This document shows, one piece after another, positions 12,668 to 21,847 of a stretch of DNA of 48,739 bases; position 1 is the stretch's first letter, and each line of letters opens with the position of its first letter. The notes under the pieces are model-generated. The model made no database searches and had not been told where the DNA came from. It worked only from the letters and a program-made list of their open reading frames with translations. Where the stretch lies: NCBI GenBank assembly GCA_031393555.1, contig JANMVW010000317.1, positions 1 to 48,739 on the forward strand, in the 5' to 3' direction. Position numbers and translations under genes: made by a program. This DNA is from Acidobacteriota bacterium (lineage in GTDB: Bacteria > Acidobacteriota > Polarisedimenticolia > Polarisedimenticolales > DASRJG01).

Positions 12668-13308
12668 GTCTCATCCGCGTCCTCGTGGCCGACGATCACA
12701 CCCTCGTCCGCACCGGCCTCGTCAAGATTCTGACCGAGGACGGGGTTTGCGAGGTCGTCGCCGAGGCCTCCGACGGCCTCGAGGCCGTCAAGAAAGCCAT
12801 CGAGACCCGTCCCGACGTCGTGGTGCTCGACATCACGATGCCGCGCCTGAGCGGCATCGAGGCGGTCCGGCGGATCCGGCAGGAGCTTCCCGCGGTGCGC
12901 ATCCTCGCGCTGACGGTGCACGATGAAGAGGAGTACGTGCTTCACATGGTCAAGGCGGGTGCTTCGGGGTATCTCGTGAAGGACAGCGCCGCGCGCGAGC
13001 TGCTGGATGCCGTCGTCGCGCTCCATCGAGGGCAGGGGTACTTCGGCCCGCAGGCGGCACGGGTTCTGGCGGATCGGTACGCACGGCCGGGACCCGAATC
13101 CACCGATCCCTACGGCGCGTTGACTTCCAGGGAGCGCGAGGTGTTCCATCTCGTCGCGGAGGGACGATCCACGAAGGAGATCGCAGGCGCCCTCGGCATC
13201 GGCGTCAAGACCGCCGAGAACCACCGGACGCGCGTGATGCACAAGCTCGGCGTGCACAACGCGGCTGAGCTGGTCCGCTACGCCGCGCGCAAGGGCTTGA
13301 TCGACTGA
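12664..13308 (+). CDS. NarL/FixJ-family response regulator (REC + LuxR HTH)
   Basis: ADDH, LDITMP, GYLVK; LTSREREVFHLVAEGRSTKEIA...VKTAENHR. ATGA overlap with the kinase gene. Confidence 0.95.
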   Translation: MSLIRVLVADDHTLVRTGLVKILTEDGVCEVVAEASDGLEAVKKAIETRPDVVVLDITMPRLSGIEAVRRIRQELPAVRILALTVHDEEEYVLHMVKAGASGYLVKDSAARELLDAVVALHRGQGYFGPQAARVLADRYARPGPESTDPYGALTSREREVFHLVAEGRSTKEIAGALGIGVKTAENHRTRVMHKLGVHNAAELVRYAARKGLID

Positions 13309-13310
13309 CG

Positions 13311-15428
13311 ATGATTTCGCACCGCGCCGCCTTTCTTTTGTGTGTCCTCGCAGCCGGAGCTCCGGCATGCTCGGGCCGGCCCGCCGGCCAACTTTTTGAG
13401 GCCCGACCCTCGATCCTGCTCGTGACCATCGACACGTTGCGAGCGGACCACGTGGGTTGTTACGGCAGCGCGGAGGCCGAGACGCCGAACCTCGACCGGC
13501 TGGCTGCCCGTGGCGTTTTGTTCGACGATGCGCGGAGCCACGTCCCGCTGACGGCACCCTCTCACGCGACGATCCTGACAGGCGTGCTCCCGCCACGGCA
13601 CGGTGTGCGGGGTAACGGAACTTCCCATCTGGCGGCGGATGCGCCGGCAGTGGCCGTGGCCCTCCATGACGGCGGCTACCACACCGCTGCCGTGGTCGCG
13701 TCGGTCGTCCTCGACCGGGCCACCGGATTGAACCGCGGGTTCGATTCGTACGACGACAACCAGCGGGTGGGGCCAAGATCCGCGTTCCAGTATTTGGAGC
13801 GAGGGGCCAGTCAGGTCGAGAGCGCCGCGCTGGGCGCCGTAGACCGCCTCGAGCGGCCGTTTTTTGTCGGGGTTCATTTTTATTACCCGCACCAGCCGTG
13901 GGTCGCTCCGTCGCCGTTCGCCGAGCGCCACGTGGGACGGGGCTACGATGCGGAGATCGCCTTTTCCGACGCAGCGTTCGGGGGCGTCCTGCGGGCGGCG
14001 ACGCTTCGTGCGGGCGACAACCTCGTCGTGGTCGTCGCGTCGGATCACGGCGAGAGCCTGGGTGAGCACGGAGAAAACCAGCACGGCTACACGCTCCACC
14101 GCGGAGTTCTGCGCGTTCCCCTCATTGTGGCGGGCCCCGGGATTCCGCACGGCCGTGTGGTTTCCACGACGGTGGGCCTCGTCGACCTCGCCCCGACGCT
14201 CGCCGACCTGGCTCACGTCGAGCTGCGAGGCGCGTCGGGTCTGAGCCTGAGCCGCTTCTGGAGGGACGGCGCCACGTCCGTCGCCGACGCGGACGCGGCG
14301 TTGTGGGAGGAGACTCTCCACCCGCTTTTCGATTCGGGATGGGCGCCGCTGCGCGGGATCCTCGTCCGCGGGTGGCACTTCGTGGATGCGCCTCGACCGG
14401 AACTGTACGATCGCGTGGCCGACCCCAACGATCGCGTGGACGTCGCGACCCAGAACGAGGCGAAGGTCGAGGAGCTGCGGTCGCGCCTTCGGGCGCTCGG
14501 CGATTCGATCGGGGATGTCCCGGAACCCGGCGTCGAGTCGGCCGCGACGCCGGAGGAGAAGGAGCGCCGGGAGAGGCTCGCCTCACTCGGCTACGTATCC
14601 GCGCCGGTCCCTCCAAAGCCCGTCGGCGGCCGGCTCGACCCGAAGGATGGACTCCCTGGGTTTCTGGCCGTCGAAGCGGCGGAGCGGCTGATCGCGCGGG
14701 GCGACGCGGCCCAGGCGCGCGAGCTCGTCGAACCTCACCTGCGGCGTGACCCCGCCAATCCCCGCCTCTGGCACACACTGGGTAAGGCACGGATGCGTCT
14801 TTCAGAGCTCGCCGGCGCGGAGGACGCGGTCCGGCGGTCAGTCGCTCTTGCCCCCGGGCTCGAATTCGTCCGTTACACGCTCGCGGAGATCCTCATGCGC
14901 AGGGGGAATGAAACCGGCGCTCGAGCGGAGCTCGCGGGGATCGTGCGCGACAACCCGCGAAGCGTCGATGCGAGCCTGCAGCTCGCGGCGATGGCGGCCA
15001 AGAGGAACGACCACGAAGCTTCGGAGGTGATTCTCCTCGCAGCCTTCAAGGCCGGCGCCCGCGATCCGGATCTAGTCGACCGGCTCGGTCAGTCCATGGT
15101 CCTGAAGGGCCGCGAGGTCGAAGCCCAAGCTTACTTCGCCGAGTCCCTCGCCCTCTGGCCGGACGATCCCAACGCGCTGTACGAGCTGGGGCAGGCCGCG
15201 CTCCGCGCCGGCGAACCGGCTCGGGCGATCGAGTGGCTCCGGCGCTGTGCGGAAGGTCCCAAGGCCTTCGACTGCAGGATCGAGCTGGCGCGCGCCTACG
15301 TCGTGGGGCCGCGGGATCTCGCGGCCGCACGGCGCGAGCTTCTGGCGGCTCGCGAGCACGTCGCCGAACCCCGGCTTCTGGCGGAAGTGGATCGCCGGCT
15401 CCGCGCGCTCAACGACATGGCCGACTGA
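13311..15428 (+). CDS. Sulfatase-like (alkaline phosphatase superfamily) exported protein with C-terminal TPRs
   Basis: TIDTLRADH, TPNLDRLA, PLTAPSHATILTG, SDHGE, LASLGYV, then TPRs. Starts 2 nt after the regulator's stop. Confidence 0.85.
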   Translation: MISHRAAFLLCVLAAGAPACSGRPAGQLFEARPSILLVTIDTLRADHVGCYGSAEAETPNLDRLAARGVLFDDARSHVPLTAPSHATILTGVLPPRHGVRGNGTSHLAADAPAVAVALHDGGYHTAAVVASVVLDRATGLNRGFDSYDDNQRVGPRSAFQYLERGASQVESAALGAVDRLERPFFVGVHFYYPHQPWVAPSPFAERHVGRGYDAEIAFSDAAFGGVLRAATLRAGDNLVVVVASDHGESLGEHGENQHGYTLHRGVLRVPLIVAGPGIPHGRVVSTTVGLVDLAPTLADLAHVELRGASGLSLSRFWRDGATSVADADAALWEETLHPLFDSGWAPLRGILVRGWHFVDAPRPELYDRVADPNDRVDVATQNEAKVEELRSRLRALGDSIGDVPEPGVESAATPEEKERRERLASLGYVSAPVPPKPVGGRLDPKDGLPGFLAVEAAERLIARGDAAQARELVEPHLRRDPANPRLWHTLGKARMRLSELAGAEDAVRRSVALAPGLEFVRYTLAEILMRRGNETGARAELAGIVRDNPRSVDASLQLAAMAAKRNDHEASEVILLAAFKAGARDPDLVDRLGQSMVLKGREVEAQAYFAESLALWPDDPNALYELGQAALRAGEPARAIEWLRRCAEGPKAFDCRIELARAYVVGPRDLAAARRELLAAREHVAEPRLLAEVDRRLRALNDMAD

Positions 15429-15531
15429 GCGAAGTTCCCCCTCGAACTGAGGAATTCTCCTCCTGGGTGCCCGCGACGACCCGCAGTACCGTCAAGGGCG
15501 TCACGCGGCACAACTTTACGAGGGGTTTCCA

Positions 15532-18500
15532 ATGAACACCTTTTCTGTTTCGCGCATCCTGGGCGCCCGATCCGCTTTCGTCATGGCGCTGATCGTCGCT
15601 GTCGGCGTCGCCGTCACGACGACGCCGGTCTTTGCTATTCGCACGCCCGCCGTCGAGTCGCTGAACACGCGGGTCCTGGCACCAGCGGGGTTCGTCGCGA
15701 CCGTAGCTCCCGCGGAGCTCTCCACGGTGATCGAGGAGGTTTCCGCCGAGACGCTGGCTGCGGTCTCGGCGTTCGAAGCGGAGGCCGGGCCGGATTGGCG
15801 GTTCTACGTCGACAGACGCTCGGGGGGCATGGCCCTGGTGGAGGGCCGCGGGATCGCATGGACGCCGGACAACGGCAGCCAGGTCAGCCTCGCCGCTTTC
15901 GAGGCGAGGTCCCGGCAGTTCATGCGGCGCTACCCGAGCTTTTTCCGGGTTCCCGACGCGCAGCTCGTGCTCGACGCCAAAGCCTCCGTGAACGTCGGGG
16001 AGCTGGGAACGCACTGGAACGTGGTCTACCGGCAAGTCGTCGGCGGAGTGCCCGTCGAGGGAGCGCGTGTCGTCTTCCGCATCGCGCACGGGAACCTCGT
16101 GCAGTTCGGCGTCGATCGCACGGTTCCGATCGAGACGGCCTCGAACAGGGTGTCGGGGCTCTTGACCGCGACGCAGGCGCGCAGCGCGCTGGCCCAGTAC
16201 GTGGGAGGCCTGCTCGCGACCGACCGATTCACGGAAGAAGGGACGTTGTCTTGGATTCCACGTGGGGTCGATGAGAACGGTCCCTATACGGGGCCGATTG
16301 GCGCCGGCTGGAAATCCGAAATCGTGTACGGGTTCACGTTCCTGCGCACCGGATCCAACGCGTCCTGGCACGCGCTCGTGGACGCGAAAACCGGTGAAGT
16401 CCTCCGCTTCGTCGATGCGACCGACTACGCGGCGCTGGCCAAGGCCTCGGTCTTCACGTCGACGAACTGCGCGGATCCGCTGAACTGCGTTCCGGGCAGC
16501 GCCACCGAAGTCGGCATCACGATGCCCTTCGCGAACCTCTCGTTCGCCGGTGGCACCTGCACCGGCGACGCCTGTTACACGAACGCCGCGGGCGCGTTCA
16601 ACTACCCGTCCGGCGCGGTCTCCGCAACGACGGCGCTCGACGGAAAGTACTTCCGGCTCATCGACGGATGCGGCGCCCTCGCCTCGTCGGCCGTGGCCCC
16701 CGGCAGCCTCGACCTGGGGACCTCCGATCCCAACCCCCCGCTCAACACCAATTACGACTGCGCCCCGGCCACCCGGCAGTCTCCGCCCAACAGCGGGCCG
16801 GTCACGGGGGGATCCGGCGACACGCACGCCGCTCGCAACGCTTTCTACCACCTCAATTTGATCAACGAGAAGGCGAGGGTCTACCTTCCCGGCAACGACT
16901 GGGTGAAGGGAATCGACGGTGGGTCGGGCGCGGCTCTGCTCAACGTCAATCTTCCGCCGGCGTGCAACGCGTTCTGGCTCGGCGCGAGCGGGTCCCTCAA
17001 TTTCACCAAGGCGACACCCGGCCTCGGCTGCAACAACACAGGGGAGATCGCCGACGTCTTCCTGCATGAGTGGGGCCATGGTCTCGACCAGAACGACGCC
17101 ACGGGCACCGCGCCGGAATCCGGCACGGGAGAGGCCATGGGGGATACGTTTGCGATCCTTCAGGGACAGCACTCCTGCATCGGCCCGGGATTTTCTCTCG
17201 ACGTATCGGGAGCCTGGGGAAATCAGGCCGGCTACGGCACGGGATCGGCTCTGTGCACCGGAGTGCGCGACTCCGACTACACCCGGTTTTGCTATCACGG
17301 CACGACCATGAGCTGCTCGGCATCGCCGGATCCAGGCGATGCTCCCAACGGCTCGCGGTCGGGCTTCTCGCCACTGCCGAACCCGCCCGATTCCGGGACC
17401 CCGGCCCGTTGGAACACCATGATCTCCGGAGCCTCCAACGCGACGAATGGCCAGTCCAATTTCTACAACTGCGCCGGGCCGGAGACCAACGGCTGTGCGG
17501 GGGCGCTCAATCACGGCTGCCATTGCGAGTCGATCATCGGTTCGCAAGCCAACTGGGACCTCGCCAAGAAGTTGATCGCGTTCGAGTTTGGCGGCGACAT
17601 CTACAGGGCGCCCCAAGCAGCCACCGAGGTCTCGGGTTGGCAGTACATGGACCGCCTTTGGTACCTGACGCGGGACCTGTCCGTATCTTCGTACTCCGCG
17701 ACGGGACCGGCCCCCGGGGGCACAACCAATGGATGCGGCATCAACAATTGGTTTTCCACCTACCGATTCATCGACGACGATGACGGCAATCTGGCCGACG
17801 GAACCCCGCACGCCGGCATCATCTTCCAGGCCATGGACCTCCACGCGATCGCGTGCGGGAGCGCGTCGGATCCGAGCAACCAGCCCTCGGGGTGCCCGTC
17901 GCCCGTCGCCGCCCCTGTTTTGTCCGCATGCGACAACAAGGCCCCCGTTCAGCTCAATTGGACGGCTTCGGCGGGCGCCACGCAGTACCGCGTGCTCCGT
18001 AACACATTGGGATGCGGTTTCGGCTTCACGCCCATCGGAACGGTCACCGGGGGAAGGACCTACTACGAAGACGCCGAGGTGGCGTCCGGCATTCCGTATT
18101 ACTACAGCGTCCAGCCCGTGGGCGTGACCCAGTCCTGTTACGGGCAGGCCTCGAACTGCATCGTCGTCACGCCGACCACCTGCGCGGCGACGCCGGTCGG
18201 TCCCCCGACGGGGGTGACTCTGGGCACGCCGGCCAACAACCAGGTCAGCATCTCCTGGAACGCGGTCGTTGGCGCCGGCTCGTACAAGATCTTCCGCAAG
18301 GCCGGAGACTGCTCATCCAGCGCTCCCTTCGTCGCCGTTTCGGTCGTCAATGCGCCGACGACCTCCTTCCTCGACAGCGACGGACTGGGAGGCCAGCAAA
18401 CGTACGCTTACCAGATCGCAACCTCGGACGCGACCTGCGCGGCTTGCGCGTCCGCTCCATCGGCGTGCCAGTCCACCGTCGTTACGGGCGCCTGCCTGGT

Positions 18501-19878
18501 CCGCCCGGATTTCGGCGGATTGCGCACCCTCTCGGCCGCGGCGGAGGGCCAGTGCCGGCTCGACCTCAATTGGTCCGCCGGTGCCGCGCACTGCGAGGGC
18601 ACGCTCAGCTACAGCATCTACCGGTCGACGAACTCTACGTTCACACCCGCCGTTTCGAATCGCATCGCGAGCGGACTCACGTCCACGTCCTACAGCGATT
18701 CGGCCGTCTTCGGGGGCACGCGGTACTACTACATCGTGCGGGCTGTCGACGGCGCGGGAAACTCCGACACGAACGTCGTGAGACTCTCCGAACGGCCGGC
18801 CGGGACCCTGACGCCGGGGACGTACTCCGACAACGCCGGCGACACCGGCACCGCGAACTTCGGTCTCGGCACGATCGACGTCTACGCGAACACGTGGACC
18901 GTGCGTCCGAACGACAACCCGAACAACGCCACGAAGATCTACGCGACGACGAGCAGCGGCAACTACCTCGACAGCAGTTGCATGGCCCTCGAAAGCGAGA
19001 CGATCTTCCTCGGCGCGAATCCCACGCTGAGCTTCAGCTCGCGCTACGACACCGAGCAAGGGTGGGACGGCGGCTACGTCGACGTGGCCACCGAGGCGGG
19101 CGGATTCAACAACTGGACCAAGCTCGACACCATCAACTACCCCGGAGTCATGACCGGACCTCTCGGAGACCCGGCGTGCGGCACGCCCGGATTCGCCGAC
19201 GGCCAACGGGTCTTCACGGGAACGTCGCCGGTTGCCTACGACCCGTTCAGCGGGTCGTTGTCCGCCTACGCCAACCAGAGGGTGCGGATCCGGTTCCTCT
19301 TCAGTTCGGACTCGTCGACCAATCAGACCGGCTGGTTCATCGACGACATCTCCATTACCGATGCAAAGCTCCCCGGGCCCTGTACGACGGACCTGTGCTT
19401 CGGAGTGTCCTGCAACGACGGGAACGCGTGCACGGACGACGCCTGCAATCCAAGTAACGGGCAGTGCGTCTTCACGAACGACAACACGAACACCTGTAGC
19501 GACGGAAATGCCTGCACGACCGGCGACGCCTGCGGCGGCGGTGCGTGCAGCGGCACGCCCGTCGGGAATCCGGTGGAGGTCGGGAACAGCCTCCGGCTTT
19601 CGCAAAGCGGTGTCACCTCCACCGTCTCGTGGAGCGACGACGGCAACCCCGGGACGTTCCATATCTACAGGGGAATGCGAACCACCGTGGCGCCGTGGAG
19701 CTACAACCAACAGTGCCGGGGAGGTTCGATCGCGGGAACCAGCACGACCGACGGCGATACGCCGTCGTCCTCGTCCACGTACTTCTACTTCGTGACGCGC
19801 ACGACGGCGTGCGGCGAGTCGGTCGCCGGACGGGACAGCACGGGAGCCGCCGTTCCAAACGGCAGCCCATGCCCCTAG
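15532..19878 (+). CDS. Large secreted gluzincin (M4/M36-like) metalloprotease with propeptide, FN3 domains, jelly-roll domain, Cys-rich repeats and conserved C-terminal domain
   Basis: SD GAGGGG; signal peptide; FTP/PepSY-like YRQVVGGVPVEGA and LVDAKTGEVL; HEWGH...GEAMGD; FN3-like LNW...Y.VLR...YYYSV; WDGGYV...GWFIDDI; CNDGNACTDDAC repeats. Confidence 0.82.
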   Translation: MNTFSVSRILGARSAFVMALIVAVGVAVTTTPVFAIRTPAVESLNTRVLAPAGFVATVAPAELSTVIEEVSAETLAAVSAFEAEAGPDWRFYVDRRSGGMALVEGRGIAWTPDNGSQVSLAAFEARSRQFMRRYPSFFRVPDAQLVLDAKASVNVGELGTHWNVVYRQVVGGVPVEGARVVFRIAHGNLVQFGVDRTVPIETASNRVSGLLTATQARSALAQYVGGLLATDRFTEEGTLSWIPRGVDENGPYTGPIGAGWKSEIVYGFTFLRTGSNASWHALVDAKTGEVLRFVDATDYAALAKASVFTSTNCADPLNCVPGSATEVGITMPFANLSFAGGTCTGDACYTNAAGAFNYPSGAVSATTALDGKYFRLIDGCGALASSAVAPGSLDLGTSDPNPPLNTNYDCAPATRQSPPNSGPVTGGSGDTHAARNAFYHLNLINEKARVYLPGNDWVKGIDGGSGAALLNVNLPPACNAFWLGASGSLNFTKATPGLGCNNTGEIADVFLHEWGHGLDQNDATGTAPESGTGEAMGDTFAILQGQHSCIGPGFSLDVSGAWGNQAGYGTGSALCTGVRDSDYTRFCYHGTTMSCSASPDPGDAPNGSRSGFSPLPNPPDSGTPARWNTMISGASNATNGQSNFYNCAGPETNGCAGALNHGCHCESIIGSQANWDLAKKLIAFEFGGDIYRAPQAATEVSGWQYMDRLWYLTRDLSVSSYSATGPAPGGTTNGCGINNWFSTYRFIDDDDGNLADGTPHAGIIFQAMDLHAIACGSASDPSNQPSGCPSPVAAPVLSACDNKAPVQLNWTASAGATQYRVLRNTLGCGFGFTPIGTVTGGRTYYEDAEVASGIPYYYSVQPVGVTQSCYGQASNCIVVTPTTCAATPVGPPTGVTLGTPANNQVSISWNAVVGAGSYKIFRKAGDCSSSAPFVAVSVVNAPTTSFLDSDGLGGQQTYAYQIATSDATCAACASAPSACQSTVVTGACLVRPDFGGLRTLSAAAEGQCRLDLNWSAGAAHCEGTLSYSIYRSTNSTFTPAVSNRIASGLTSTSYSDSAVFGGTRYYYIVRAVDGAGNSDTNVVRLSERPAGTLTPGTYSDNAGDTGTANFGLGTIDVYANTWTVRPNDNPNNATKIYATTSSGNYLDSSCMALESETIFLGANPTLSFSSRYDTEQGWDGGYVDVATEAGGFNNWTKLDTINYPGVMTGPLGDPACGTPGFADGQRVFTGTSPVAYDPFSGSLSAYANQRVRIRFLFSSDSSTNQTGWFIDDISITDAKLPGPCTTDLCFGVSCNDGNACTDDACNPSNGQCVFTNDNTNTCSDGNACTTGDACGGGACSGTPVGNPVEVGNSLRLSQSGVTSTVSWSDDGNPGTFHIYRGMRTTVAPWSYNQQCRGGSIAGTSTTDGDTPSSSSTYFYFVTRTTACGESVAGRDSTGAAVPNGSPCP

Positions 19879-19941
19879 TCGTGAACGACCGTCAGTGAAT
19901 CGCGGAAGGGGATGGAGTCGACCAGGCGCCCCCGCCCAAGG

Positions 19942-21642
19942 TCACTCCATCCCCAACTGCTTGGACAGCAAGTGGGCCTCGGGGTCTTGCGGATAGCGGC
20001 CCCGCCACGCGGCGACGACGTGACGCGCCACCGTCGTATCCCCCTGCTGAAGGGCCAGCTTCACGCGCCCGGAATAGAACGAGAGGTGATCGGGCCATAA
20101 GGCGAGTCCCCGGTCGAGCATCGCCACGGCGCCTTCCGTGTCCCCGATCTCGAAGGCCAGCGAAGCCAAGGCGTAGGCCCTCGGCGGCTCCAATCGCTCG
20201 AACCGATCTCCGATGCCGTGAAGCCCCTCCGCCCGCGCGGCCAGGTACAGCAAGTCGGGGTCGTCCTGGTCGACCGCGAGCCCTCTCTGGGCGAACCGAG
20301 CGGCGGTCTGATTCCTGCCCTGCCTGAGTTCGATCACCGCCAGGTAGCGGAAACCCTCCGTGTAGTCGTGCTTGATCTCGACCGCGCTGGCGAACCGCCG
20401 GCTCGCGTCCTCGAGACTGTCGGTGCGGTAGTCGATCTGGCCGAGAAGCGCCGGGGGAACGTGCGAGCCCGGGTACTCTCCACACAGCGCCGCGAGCTCA
20501 CGCTTGGCAACATCGAGGTCGCCGCGATCGCGGGCGGCCAAGGCCACGTCGAGTCGCCGAATCAAGTCGTCCTGCTTGCGCGCTCCGGCGGAGTGGACCT
20601 GGACGGCGACGAGTCCGAGGACCGCAAGCGTCGTGAGGGGCACCCACCGTCGCTGCCGGCCTCCCCACCCCAGCAGACCGGACGCTGCCGCCGGAACCGC
20701 CGCGACCAAAAACGGCGCGAGCCAGGCTCCCAGGACGAGCCCGACCGCGCCGGCGGCGTATCCGGCCGCCGGGCTCAACGTCTGAATCGTCATCGTAAGC
20801 GCCGGAAGGATCGACAGGAGCAGGCGCGGCTCGCGCGCCATCAGCAACTCGACCGCGGCGGCGTCGATCAGCATGATCGCCAAACCCGTGAGGGGCATCC
20901 AAGCGTGACCCCGTTTACTCCCGTCGCCCGCAAACGGCGTATCGACGGTCGCGAAGCGCATCGCGATCCAAACGAGCGTTGCAAGCACGATCCAGTGCGC
21001 GAGATGGTGGACAGGAATCGGGATGCCGCCCGCACTCCTGTCCGAGAAACAGTGTGCGGCGAAGTGGACCGGAAACGCCAGCAGGGTGACAAACCGCGCA
21101 GGCCGCCCGCGGAGTTCCGGCGCCGTGAGCACGGCGAAGGGAAGCAGAAAATCGGTCCCGACGAAGAACCAGTCGACGATCGCGATGAACGGGACGTTCA
21201 TGAAGAGCGGCTGCGTCACCGGCACGGTCCAGTGCCACCACCCCGCCGCTATCGCCGCCGATTCGACGGCCCAGCTGATCGCCCCGAGGAAGACGCAGGC
21301 CCACGCAATCTGGGGGAACAGCTTCGGAGAGAAACGGGATCCCAGCCACCATCCGATGTAGACGACGATCGCCCATCCGGCAATTTCCTGAGCGGGGACG
21401 TGGAAGACGGTGAACAGCGGGTTCCGGATCGCGTAGGGAAACGAGGCCCCCAGTCCGTGGTCGATCACCCACCTGAGGGCGACCCCTCGAAGGATGCCGT
21501 AAGCCAGAACGCTGAACCAGAAGGCGACGGCCCTCGACCGAGGGAGCGTCCGGAGCGAATGGAAGACGAGCAGGCCCAGAATGACCAGCGATGGGACGCT
21601 CAAGATCAAGACACGGTTATCCACCGGATCGTAGTAAACCAC
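19942..21642 (-). CDS. Polytopic membrane protein with CruF/DUF422-like N-terminal domain and C-terminal TPRs
   Basis: Many TM helices; FHVPAQEIAGW, AIAAGWWHW and FMNVPFIAIVDWF resemble the carotenoid-hydratase (CruF) family; soluble TPR tail. Confidence 0.55.
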   Translation of the reverse strand: MVYYDPVDNRVLILSVPSLVILGLLVFHSLRTLPRSRAVAFWFSVLAYGILRGVALRWVIDHGLGASFPYAIRNPLFTVFHVPAQEIAGWAIVVYIGWWLGSRFSPKLFPQIAWACVFLGAISWAVESAAIAAGWWHWTVPVTQPLFMNVPFIAIVDWFFVGTDFLLPFAVLTAPELRGRPARFVTLLAFPVHFAAHCFSDRSAGGIPIPVHHLAHWIVLATLVWIAMRFATVDTPFAGDGSKRGHAWMPLTGLAIMLIDAAAVELLMAREPRLLLSILPALTMTIQTLSPAAGYAAGAVGLVLGAWLAPFLVAAVPAAASGLLGWGGRQRRWVPLTTLAVLGLVAVQVHSAGARKQDDLIRRLDVALAARDRGDLDVAKRELAALCGEYPGSHVPPALLGQIDYRTDSLEDASRRFASAVEIKHDYTEGFRYLAVIELRQGRNQTAARFAQRGLAVDQDDPDLLYLAARAEGLHGIGDRFERLEPPRAYALASLAFEIGDTEGAVAMLDRGLALWPDHLSFYSGRVKLALQQGDTTVARHVVAAWRGRYPQDPEAHLLSKQLGME

Positions 21643-21676
21643 ACCGGGAGCTTGGCCCGGCTCTCAGATCGCGTGC

Positions 21677-21778
21677 TTGCTCGCCTCAGGCGCCGCCATT
21701 CACTCGAGCACGCCCGGCCAGTTCTTGTCGGCCTTCGCCACGTACCCCGGAATGTCGAGCTGCCATTTTTTCTGCACG
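21677..21778. repeat. Direct repeat copy 1 (102 bp), orphan 3' end of the YHS gene
   Basis: Matches 23029-23130 at 101/102 nt; the one difference is ccccggAatg vs ccccggGatg. The minus strand encodes VQKKWQLDIPGYVAKADKNWPGVLE*. Confidence 0.95.
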
Positions 21779-21805
21779 GACGCTCATGACGCAAACACCG
21801 TAGCC

Positions 21806-21833
21806 TTGAAATCTGAGCGATAACCACTAAGAT
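21806..21833 (+). promoter_or_regulatory. Putative sigma70 promoter for the second AAA+ gene
   Basis: TTGAAA (21806-21811), 16-nt spacer, TAAGAT (21828-21833), in an AT-rich patch before ATG 21848. Confidence 0.4.
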
Positions 21834-21847
21834 TTCATAGTAGAGTC

